A stretch of DNA of 61,177 nt, taken from positions 62,001 to 123,177 of the forward strand of contig JYFJ02000549.1 in assembly GCA_000934665.2 (NCBI GenBank). The letters are read 5' to 3'. The first letter of the stretch is position 1; each line of letters starts with the position of its first letter. The DNA is from Catajapyx aquilonaris (lineage: Eukaryota). The position numbers and the translations under genes were made by a program. This document shows positions 46,401 through 58,200 of the stretch, piece by piece. The notes beneath the pieces were generated by a model. That model had not been told where the DNA came from. It made no database searches and saw only the letters and a list, made by a program, of their open reading frames with translations.

Positions 46401-49400
46401 AAGATAAATCTTAATTTTTCGGGTTAAAACTAACGGTCGCGTATAAATGTGCGGTAATATTAGATGCAATACTTCCTTTCGATCGGATTTACTACAAGTG
46501 TATGATGTATGACTTACGAGAAGACACTATACCATCTGGATGGCACATTTATGCATTGAATGCGCTAGGGTCTGATATACGACATTGCATGACTCGCTTG
46601 TTATATGATCGTATATCATTGACCACAATGAAGTAAGAGAATCTTTTTTTGGGCAATGGCGAGGCATAATGCGTAGGACAACCAGGAAGATTCACGGACA
46701 CAGTAGGATCCTGTACGCCATCCCTAGCTACGACTTCTTTTATAGCCCCCCCGTAGGAGTTTTCGAAAGTGTTTCGACGTGGGGAGGATGCTAATTGGCC
46801 TCGGGAAGAGTTGAATCGGGAAGGTCATCTTCCCATCCTCTTCGTTGCTAACAAAACCAACAGTGACAAAAAAAATTACAAGACGCTGTATGTGTGCAGG
46901 CTACGGAACCTTAGCAAGATTCGTGATTATGTGGCCATCTGGAATTTTTCCCTGTTGACTAAGCTGCAGATAAGAAGTATGATGCTTCATTTTTTGTGGA
47001 GGCAAAAATACTATCAAGGTCTTCGGCTCAAAACTATTGCATAGTCGTAGTGACGCAACCTGTTTTGAAATCATACGCCTATACAGTCGCCCACGGTCAG
47101 CGGGATGGATTCACCCAACCCGAGTAGGAAAGGTGTGGGACCGAATATATTAGCATCCTCAGGGAAAATTGGCAATTTGCACATTTATATGGCAATGCCA
47201 GAATGTGCTACTGTATAGTATTTTCATGTCACTTGCACTGTAGTGGGATGTCATAATAAATATAGGGCCCTATAGTGAAATATTGAATTAGTCGGTAATA
47301 TTTTCAATGAAAGGTACGGTATCTAAAACCATGTATACACAGACAAGCTTCTTCTACTGTATGCCCACTGTGTAGTTCAACTGGAAGGTTTGCGCAACAT
47401 TAGGCTACTTCGGACCCATTTGTTTACCCCTGTATGGGAGGTAGGCAAGTGAGGACCATCCCACGACCATCCCCACCAAGACCGATTTGACACTCTTCCA
47501 TCCCTCAAGGCTGAAATCGACAGGTTCCAAGTGATGAAACGAATTATTTTCAGTTGCACTGCAAGCAGTGGTCCCACAGTAGTTGCGTGGATATGTGCAT
47601 ACCATCAGCATTGCCCACGCACTGATGAATAGATCGAGTAAAAGGGGAAGCTTATATGCCGTCAGAAGAAATTAATGAGCTCAATACTAAATAGCTAGGT
47701 GTGTTAAAATATTGCGCGGCCTCGCCATATTTTTAGAACAGAGAAAGTCACGCATTTTCTCACCTAGGTTTTTTCTCGCGCGAAAATATTTGTGATGTGT
47801 ATAGTTAAGAGTAGCCTACTGCTGTCGTACAATCACATAGTTTGAGCGTGCCAAGGTTGTAAGACTCTGGGTGCAAACTCTCTCAAACTCTCACACAACA
47901 ATACTCACTACCCAAAATGACGTCTGTTCTCACAATACGAAATGTAATTTTTGTCAGTTCCTTTCCCTCCAGGCAGTATACAGCAGGCTATTCAGCGTAA
48001 AACAGTATGAAAATATTGGCATTTTACAAGGCTGCTCCACACTGTGCAATTTGCCGTGTTCATGCTCAATAATAGATCAAGGTAGCATTTTCATAATTAA
48101 TCATGAGTGAGGTTGCTTGTGACTTTCTTTCTAATTAGACAGACAGCCATCACCTCCCTATGGCGCCTTACATTCGCCGTGAATCGAAAGCGTGAGCGAT
48201 CCTCTTGAATACTTTTCAATGTCACTGAGTCACTTCTCTGTCAGAGGAACACATAAACATACCGTAATTGAAGACAAATAAAAAATACTGCTATTTTGAA
48301 AGTTCATTCTTTACGTTTTGCTTTAATTTTAGAATAATCAGGATGCGCTTCCTTCTCTCTATAGAGAAACTCAGTTCTCACATCATGCAGGATAGGAACG
48401 TGTATGTTGTGTGTATAGCCTGCTCATCTTAAGGCTCCTTACGTAGGCTTAATTAAACGGTTTTGACAGGCTCTGGGATTTTTTTTCTCGCGGGAAGAGC
48501 TTTCTTGTTTGATATGAAGTGTCAGGAGAGAAGAAACTGCGCTGTACGTTGGCTGGGTTTCTCTGCTGGAGGGGTCTAAAGCAGCACCATAGTGTCGATT
48601 GACCATGTATGTGTATATGAATGAGAACAGACGTGTCGCTCTCCCTCCTCCCCCTTCCCCACCCACTACTCCCACGACACCTTTGCCCCACGTGTACCTA
48701 TACTGACTTTCTCCTGCCGACAAGGTTTGAGTCAACCTAAGGTGGTCCAGCTTTCAAGTTATGCTGTGCGTAAGATGATTTCTTAGAAGTGGGCTGTATG
48801 AAGGTCGCAAGTTCACGTTTGAGTTTCTCATTGAAATGTTTAAAATTAATCTATTGGACATAATATCCCGAATATGGTTAATATAGAGGATCCAGCATTA
48901 AAAGGTAGCTCCCACCCACCTCCTTACCTGAATGCCACCCACTCCGTACAGCATAGTGCTATAACTGAGGGCGATAAGGATCTCGCCCAGAGGCGGGGTT
49001 GTAATGTCTTGCACATGATAATTTCCGAGGTATCTTTGTCAAATGCATGACATATGACAACTGACTGCTTTGCTGACTCTCATAAGCTCTCTTAGTTATT
49101 ACGTTGGGTTGTCTTGAATGGATTGCATTCAGATAAGGCTGTGGGTGGTGTATGCTTTGTAATGTCGGATCTTTAGTGCAGCACCTAGAACTCCCCAATT
49201 ATACCAACTGCAATAAAATATTGGGGAACTTAATTTGGTACAGACTGTGAATCCGCTAATCTATAATGTTAATCTTAGTCATAAAGTATGTAGCATTGCA
49301 CCTCTGAGGAGAAAGCAAGACTTGCTTTTCCCGCAACACATTTCACTTTTTAAGGCAGTAGGACCTCCTAGTTTTAACGAACGGAAGATTAAATGTAGTT

Positions 49401-52400
49401 GTTTGATCATTTGCCTTTTTAAAGCAGGGTATGTAGCAATCTTGACTCTCCTTTACTTCTATAAGACAGTGGGTCGTCTTTATCAGCGGGCAATTGGTTC
49501 CAAGCCCTTCCGCGGAAAAACCGAATAATGTAAAATTTTAAACACACTGTACATGCATACCTATGACATAGTTTAATTGACGAATTCAGACTTAAAACAA
49601 CAGTAAAATGAGATAGCAGAATATAGTAGGCTAGTGTATTGCAGTAGAAATGCGTGTTGGATTTTTTAACTTCAATATTTTAATAATTACCTAGTAATAA
49701 TTTTAAAACCACGGATCTAGGGACCACTGTAATTATGATGAATTTTCAAATCATCAAATGAAAAGACGAGTCATAATAGCGCAGAATTAAAACTCATATA
49801 TATGCAGATTGCCGGACATCCGTCGGCATTACTAAACTACTACTCACCAAAAAACGAAAAAAGTAATGATTACAGGTATTCATGAAACCTGTAGGAATAA
49901 TTCTCATTAAAAGGAACCAGTGTTCATTTTTCCCCAATTATTCAAAGCCGGCTGCAGAAGTGCACTTTGAGAATCAGGTATTACGGTACATGAACCAGAC
50001 TGCGGTAATTTTCTAGGACAAATGTTGGGCGACTGTGTGCATATAGGCCTACTGTAGGTCAGGTGTGAGACGTGGAGGCTGTTCCTCTGGTCCGAGCGCG
50101 TGGGCCGACCGGGCGATAGTGTCAGCACACCGTACACAAGAGGTGGGTGTTGGGAAGGAGCGTGTAAAGCACCGATGGAAGCCGGGTCATATCGTAAAGT
50201 ACACATAAGGTAGGCGGCGCTGGCCTGGCGCCAGCATGGCCGACCGCCCATCTCCAACCGAACGTTTCACCCCGGACGAGAAAAACGTGTTCGCCTGGTC
50301 AGAAATAAAACCTGGCCACTGATCTCTATCTCATCCTTTCGTAAGTGCTGGCAATCAGCTTCTCAAGGTAACTTGAGGGATGCTGCTTGCAGCTAGCCCC
50401 TTGGCGACAACCACGCATGCATGAAGGGGGTGAAAAAGTGTACAACTTTGGACGATCCAGCCTTGATGAGCACTTTTTTTCCTAGAAACAAACCGTGCTT
50501 GGTTTCGGTGCAATGCTCAAGGATAACATTAGGGGGCCACTAGAATTCTTCATCTTCGTGTCTATCCTCCATTTGTATTTTTACTCGAGTGGGTGTCATA
50601 TATGTATTGTTTGCAGGTTTCCACGTATAGGTGCTTGCTGGTGCTATTCTTGGGTGTACAGTGTCAGTACACAGCCGAACCTCACAATAGCGATAATAGA
50701 TCAGAAAATAGGAATGACACATATAATATTGCGAATATGGAGGGTATACGTATTGATATGCTGATGGAGGTTCAATAGATTTAAAGAAACACTTTGTCTC
50801 ACGGGCGACATGACATGTAGCGGAAACTCACTTCGATTAGAGAGGTAGATGATCATTATTGTTGTGACATTATCTCCATTACGCTGTGGATGCGATAAAA
50901 GATAACGATTGCAGCATAAGAGCATCATAATTATAAATTAATGCGCTCTTTTTTTCATTTTCTTCCCTCCTACCTTTCAGATGAAACCAAAAGCTGCAAA
51001 TGAATGTCATTACTGGTGCTGACAGCAGCACTTGACACACATTGTATTATATTTGCCATTCAGTCACCCACACAACCGATCCTTACTTTCACCTTCTTAA
51101 CACTTCGAGCAAATACCACCGTCAGGAGGAGTGGCTGGTGACTAAATCCTTTGACAAAGCACTTATCATAATTTAGTCCTTCCATTGGGAAAGCTCGCAT
51201 TACACACAGTGGGATACGTACAAGGCCAGGGGATGCGAAAACCCTACTTGAGTCCTACTGTTTTGTCATAAAGTTGACAGCAATAATACTACATCATAGT
51301 ATTATAAGTCTGAAAATACATGCCAGATTGTCTCAAAAGAGCAACTGGACATCAGGTGGTTGAACCTGCTTACAAAAATAGTCAGGTAAGGTTCGCATCC
51401 TTTGTCAACACATTTTTGGGTTCTCAACAAGGGAATGAATAGGCCGCAGTGTGACTCCTGACCATTGAAAGGGTTACACGCCAGGAAAAATAATAAGCCA
51501 CCAAATAAAAGGCTAGGAACACAAAGGTGTGCTAATGAAAGAAAAGGACACGATGGGGTCGAAAGGACCTCTTACCGCGCGCGGAGGAAGTTTGGGTGTA
51601 ACGTCCTCATCATCATACCGTGAGTCAGGCTGCCAAAGAGACACGTTTCCTTGGATGTTCCGCCTGATTGTAGCCAACACGGGGTTTCATGTCTCGGTGG
51701 CCGGAAAACCAGAAACGGACAGGGGATACGACCAGAAAGAATCCGGGGAATTATCCCTGAAAGAGATGAAACGTGGCTTGCTGCCCACAAAGGGGAGAAC
51801 AAAAAGAGGGTTGTTTGAGGGAGGCAGGCTGAGGAACGTTACTCAAGTGTTGAACCACGACCTGCCGGAACGACACCAACTAAGAGAGCAACAACCCCGG
51901 CCACTTGAGACAGCACACACTCTTTTGGGCCTCCGCCTGCACGCCGGCTTCGGAGGGACAATGGCCATGACCATGTCAATTCATAATCTCTCTCGCATCT
52001 TCTGGCCGCCCATTGTCGTCGTGACAATCACGTCGTATTATTTCAGCGTGACGACATCTGCTCAGATGGCGTTTTTTTTTACAGGATCCCGACCTTCCCG
52101 GGACCAACTGAGAGATTCTGATTTATGAGCTACTACTGTGTAGACTTTTGCATTTATTCTAAGTCGAGGACATGGCTCAAAGTTCTTAGTTGAAAGATGA
52201 TGTCATTACGTGTCTTTGAAAAAAGGGTCTTCATTGTCATGGGCGACCAACCGAGATCCCTTACACCGGATGTGGCATTTTTTGATAAGACATAAGGCAC
52301 AATATGAAGTACTTGTTGTTATTCAATATTCCAATTAGAATTAATGAGCGTTTGGATAAGGTATGACAGGATAAATTCCAATTGTTAGAGGGGTAGCCTA

Positions 52401-55182
52401 TTATCTACAACGTACGCCGTTTACACATTTTAAAATGTGACTTAGAATATTTTGTTGGACATGCAGCCATTACTGCGAGCGATTGATAATCTTACAAAAA
52501 TAAATTCGCACTTTTTAGACTATAATATATAGTTATATCATAATAGCAAGAGTACAAAAATTGCACTTGTAATACTCGTCTTTACTACATGTCAGTAATA
52601 TATTTCAAATAGAGATTCATGTTTTGTCTGGATCAAATTAATACATGTCGTCCCCTTTGGCAGAAACAAAATTGTTAATACCAAACCATCATGATTATAG
52701 GTTACCTTGATTGCCATGCTTTAAAATAAGTATATGGACGTTTATTATATATGACACATCCGCTGTGCCCAAATGATCCTGCTCATCTCATGCGAGAGTA
52801 GCTTTTTTATTAGTGATTATTACGGTGCAGATGACATTTCATATTAATCATGATATACGACTTAAACATCAGTTGTTGGCAATGCTGCTGAACTACTTTG
52901 CACTTAATGGACGAGGACAGCATATAAGCTCTGTAATTTCAAACTATACAATCCACCTTTAGTCGGTCTTCAACAGTCAACTCCTCAAGCATGTAGCGAA
53001 CCCCTACTTTTACAAAGTTAATATTTAGCATCCTCTCCTGCTAAGTTTGCCCAAACTTGACTGCTGCAACGTCCCATCCGCCACGCACCATCCGGGGCAT
53101 CTCATTTCTGGAGCCCACACATGCCTACTCTTTCCCTCCAGGATATTGCAATGTTCCCGGAACCAAACATAATGATCAGCCAGGCCTCATATTTCCAAAC
53201 AGGGCAAACTTCCACGGTGAACTAATGCCATGGTGGCTGATGGCATCCAGCCCGCCCCCTGAATTTCCCATTACCCCCATCCCATTTTACCTATCCGGTC
53301 GAAGTCGAGTAAAGCTAAGAGCACGCCTGCAGGAAAAATTGCGCCCGGCCAATGACCCTCAGTCCTTACACGGCCTTACCTATTCTCTGTAAAAATTGCG
53401 TCCCTCGGAACATCTTGGACTCTTGCATGCTCCTCCGTGGCCATTCTCACTCGCAGTCTTCACCTTAACGGTACTACCGTCTCATCCCACCACCTTTCAT
53501 TGCCTCTCCAATCGCCACCCTCAGGATATTTATTACACGAGCACAGGATACAAGGGGGCCGGCCTTCTTCCATACTGTAAAGCATTTTGCATTTATGAGA
53601 GGTATTTTTTTTGCCGAGTACTAACAAACTGGTCTGGCCGGCTTGAGTGAGTACTCGCATTGCGAAATATTTGCTTGGCTTGCTGCACTTTCGGCTATGT
53701 GCACGCGAATCCATTTTCATGCTCATGTGCGGTCATTATAGTTTGCCAGCCGTTACCTTTCAAAATACAGTACTGTATATCCCCTTTTTTATAAGGCTTA
53801 TCAGGGTCATTATTTTTGTATTTGCGCTACTTGTTGTTCTGATTCCTAACTGCGTTATGGGATGATAACAACTGTCTTGTTACGTTGGTTGGGGATTAAT
53901 GTTGTGATACTGTATCTTTGTGCATCAAAGGGTGTTCTGTCAAGCAACTGGGCTTAAGGAAGTTTGATTTGTAACTTGTTTTTATTGCATCCCTCGGGTC
54001 ATTGTTTTGTTTATTACCCAGTATGTTGTGCTGCACATTGCAGTTTCACATCAACACTTGCTTTTCTGATGACGTTATTGGATGCATTATCAAATATAAA
54101 TTGTTGTAAACTTTGCTGAGACAATATAACGAATTGGTCTGGAAAAGGTGCCACTCCTAGCTGAAATATCGCCACTTTCTCTGACAAATGTAATTAAGTT
54201 ATTGTAACTAATAGCCTCAGATTTTTAGATTCATTTCCTGAGCCACCTTTTCTCTGGCGTACCTATAATACACTTAGAAGTGGCAGCTTTTCAAAACACA
54301 GACTCTGCCTTTCATCTTGAAGAGCTAGCCTACGTGACTCGTGTTGTGTAGAAGCAAAGCTTGTTTTCCAAGGACTACATCAGAGCAGATTTGTGTCCAG
54401 CACCTCTAAAGCCATCGTGGTTGTACCTGCACGCTGTAGTTGTCAGGGCGATTTTCAAGTAATCTGGCCAGAGGTTATTAAAAAGTCCTCTGGACTGCAT
54501 GTACTGTACGAAGAAAAGCATTTTACTAAATAAATTATAAGCAGTTTTTAACTTATCACATTTTTAATGCAAGTACTGTATTTCAATGTTGGACGCTGTT
54601 ATATACTCGGTTATATCTTTCACAAATTCGAAATACATGCTGTTAAGTTTGATTGGTAGGGCGAGTATTTAGAATTTTACCGAAAATAACACATAATGAA
54701 GGCTCAGAAATTCTAGCCACGCTTATTTCTTGGCAGCCACATTCATAAACAACATTTCTCTGGCAAAGATTCGAGTTATCGTTACATAAATATTCCCACC
54801 TTACACACTTTCCACTGTGGCAAAGCATTAGAAAAGCGCGCTTTCACGCGTCACGAAATAGGTTGGCATAATATGTCAACCCATGTAAGATGTGTCGAGT
54901 GGGTGATGGCGTGTAATCGTCGTGTGTTGGGAAGAGACCTAACCAACCATTTGAACGGACAAGGAGGGATTCCGTGTCATTATCAAGTTCAAGGCCCAAT
55001 ATTACATGAAGCCATTCTCTTTCGCAAGCCTCTCAAAAAAAAATGCCCATTAGAGTTTTTCATTCTCCACCCAAAAGCCAGCCTGGGGGTGAGTACCCGG
55101 AGTCGTGGGAAAAAAGGGTGATTCCACTAAGTGTGCGTGTGCAGATCTGACCTTAACAATCTTTTTCATTCTTCTTTCACAG

Positions 55183-55228
55183 GTGACCCTACTATTCTCA
55201 GTCACAAAGGCTCAACTTATAACAACAG
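55183..55228 (+). CDS. Second coding microexon (VTLLFSVTKAQLITT, phase 0-1) completing the signal peptide of the same gene
   Basis: Long pyrimidine tract ctttttcattcttctttcacag, donor cag|gtaagg; the joined peptide MAPLQRLFLWVTLLFSVTKA-QLITT has n/h/c regions and a T-K-A cleavage site. Confidence 0.6.
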
Positions 55229-58200
55229 GTAAGGCTGGAAGATTTTCTACATTTTCCGAAATTTATGTAACATCTACTACTACAACGACCCCATATTGCA
55301 ATTCCCTCCTGAAATTTTGGCAACCCGCGTCTCATGATCACATCTGATTCGCGTCAACTAAGAAAGGGATAGAATACCACTTACCCACGAATGGGTTGTG
55401 CGGTAGTTTTCTGCTGTGCAATACAATCGACCGGTGAGATTCCGTTGACTTTTTTTTCTTTTTTTTTTTGCTTCCTTGGAATTGTTTCGTGTGATGTGCA
55501 TGGCCGAAATTGTTATGGTTGGGATTGACCCGCGGAAAATTATTGAGGTAGGAAAGTGTCAGAGCATGATGGCTGATGAAAGAAGAATTGGGAGTCCTCG
55601 CTCATAGCAATTTTGTGGTCACGGATGACCAGCAGAAGAAGATTCAAAATCGCATTCATTATGTTCCGGATTCTTCACACTGTGAGTTTTTTTTTTGCAC
55701 GACTCATAAGACGTAGGCGGGCACAATAGCCACCTGCTTGACCATAACTGGTTTTGTCGGAGAGGACGAGTCCTGTATTATAGATTGATGTTGGAAATAA
55801 TGGCGGACCGGTAATAATGGGCCTGGAGGAAGAAGAAGGTCGGACAAGGACGGAGATGAGGAAGGCAGGTCAGCGGCCATCGTCTTAAGCTCAACAACCT
55901 AGCCAGCTAGTTAGGGCAGCAGTGAGCCAAAGAAGAAAGGCTCCAGGGAGGCAGCCACCTCTTCAGTTCCAAGAACTACACCCAGGCCTCTCCCACATTA
56001 TATATTTTTTTTGCCAATTTTAGCATATATATCTGCTGGGACCTCGCAGAATGAAACAGGTAGCTCCCAACCGGATTCACATCCATCTGACCTAAGGGCG
56101 AAAAATGTTACGTAGCCGGGATACTTGAAAGTTCATTTCATTTGCAGACTCCTACCACGCCCTTCGACCTTCACAGGGCCAGACTACAGTCACGATTCTT
56201 TGCTACCTGTGTCCTTTGAACATATTAAGCCCTGCTGTTTCTGGGCGCAAGACTACGCCCAGCATGCCCAAATGTGCAAGATTTGAATAGGCCAGGCTCC
56301 TTAACAAATGCCAGGGCAGAATGTCGCCACTGCATCTGATATTACAGACGCGGGAAAATAATGTGTAGCCCAACAATGGCACTAATTGCGCACGTGCAGG
56401 AATTTCAGTAGGATTCGTCCTGTAGGCTACGGTCACTCACCTTTGCTGTGCTCATATGGAACTGCAAAAGTGCCTCTCGGTTGGTGAAGAGGAATCGACT
56501 GTCAAGAAATAGTTCGGGAGTATTGCAAGTGGTGTCAGTGTCCCCAAGCGGAAAGGCGGTGGTTGTAGTAATGCAGGGCGGTAAAAACGAAGGAAAGAAG
56601 CGAGAGATAAACATTCCCGTGTTTAACGTGGCGTCAAGCGCATCTTCCCAGGTTGGTAGGGGAAGTCGTCTGTGTATTGAAACGTACATTGAACTCTCGG
56701 GACTTGGGCACTCTCGTCCAGGCAACGGTACTTGAGCCAATCTGGAATCGCCTGGGGTTGAATTAACAGCACACTTGCTACCACTGACAGCAAAAATTAC
56801 CAGATTTCACGGCTTCCAGGAAGAAACAGGATGGTTTTCGATTGAGAGTGAAATTATTCACGTTTCCATTTGCGTCATGATCCAATGACACATTATCTTC
56901 GAGCAATTAACAAACATACAGTAAAAGGCTAGGAGCGACACCTTTCTTGTGCTAGAGGCTCATTTAGATAGTAAAATTTTATTTTCAAGCGTAGGATAGA
57001 GGTCTAACACCTTTCACCTCACTTCAAAATACTGTGCAGGTCCTTGAGAACAGTTACTGGCGATTTCAGCAGAATTTTTAACTCTTGCTTTGGCCTATCC
57101 CATCATTCTCTGAACTTAGCTCCTTGGACATTATTTTGCCTTTATGACGACATAAGAATACCTGGAACGCATGATAACATGATTGTCCAACCACATGCAG
57201 GGTGCGGTACAGAGCCGTCTACAGTGGTTGATGTGGTTCTCCTTAGTTTAGATGAGAGTGCAGCTTTACGGCTATATTTCTGGGAAGTCCCACAGGGCGT
57301 TGATTTTCTCTTGTTTCTAATGTGGGTAGCAAATAATTTTCACACTATTGTGCAGCATTTCGCAATTTGGAAACGTGGCCAGAGAGGGCAGGCCTGACAA
57401 GTTGCGTAACCCTCATTTATTTACGCAGCCACAGCTAATGAGATCAGTTGACCACCCTTGGACTTCTCTAGCAGGCTAATATTGCAGACTTTGCAAAATG
57501 GCAAGTGGTCAGATAGGGGTCGCCATCCACATCTTTGCTTGGGTGCTCCAAAAGGTCATTGGCGCGAGAGATGAGCTCTACCTCAAGGTCTTTGGCAGGT
57601 TGAGTGGGTTCCAGGTGGGTGTGCTGGAGTCATCACACCAAGAAAGGCAATTCGGACCTTGGGCCTTGTACGTGATCCACAGTCTGCGGGAAGGATCCGG
57701 ACGTCATCGGAGCATGCGTGCTGCTTCCAGCCAAAGACAATGACAACATGGCGCCCATTTGCACGACTTGACTCTTGTACGTTGGTTCAAAGCATCAACG
57801 CACGAAAACCCGGTACTTGCGAACCGTTGGATGGTGTGAAGCGCTCTAGCTTCGACCCTGTGTGTGATGAGAAATAAAGTTCTCACGGGCAAACAGTAGT
57901 TGCGGAATGAATACCGGTGCTTGCGTACTATAGATGGTCTCGTGCAAAGCATTTCTTTCATTAAACAACCGTCCATATATTTTACTTCTTGCATTTAAGC
58001 CGACCCCGCAAGAGAGGAGGAACACTTACGTCGCAATACCTGCTCAAGCAGGCAAAGGTTCCCATGAGCAAAGGATTTGATAACAGTCGGACGTGACCGA
58101 TGACATACTGTGACGAATGAGAATGCAATGCGGTAACTAGCAAAAAGTAACATTTGCAGTGCAAAACAACTGCAATGTCCTCTGACAAACTGTATAAAAT

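Noticed and set aside
51529..52128. 199-aa plus-strand ORF inside the second gene's intron
   Set aside because: No recognisable motif or convincing splice boundaries; its length is compatible with chance in a GC-richer patch.
53141..53215. 75-nt phase-0 exon-like stretch (DIAMFPEPNIMISQASYFQTGQTST)
   Set aside because: Weak donor (gtgaac), and inclusion would break the signal peptide; no other support.
56441..56751. Minus-strand exon-like segment with donor aag|gtgagt
   Set aside because: No partner exons or recognisable protein in any frame.
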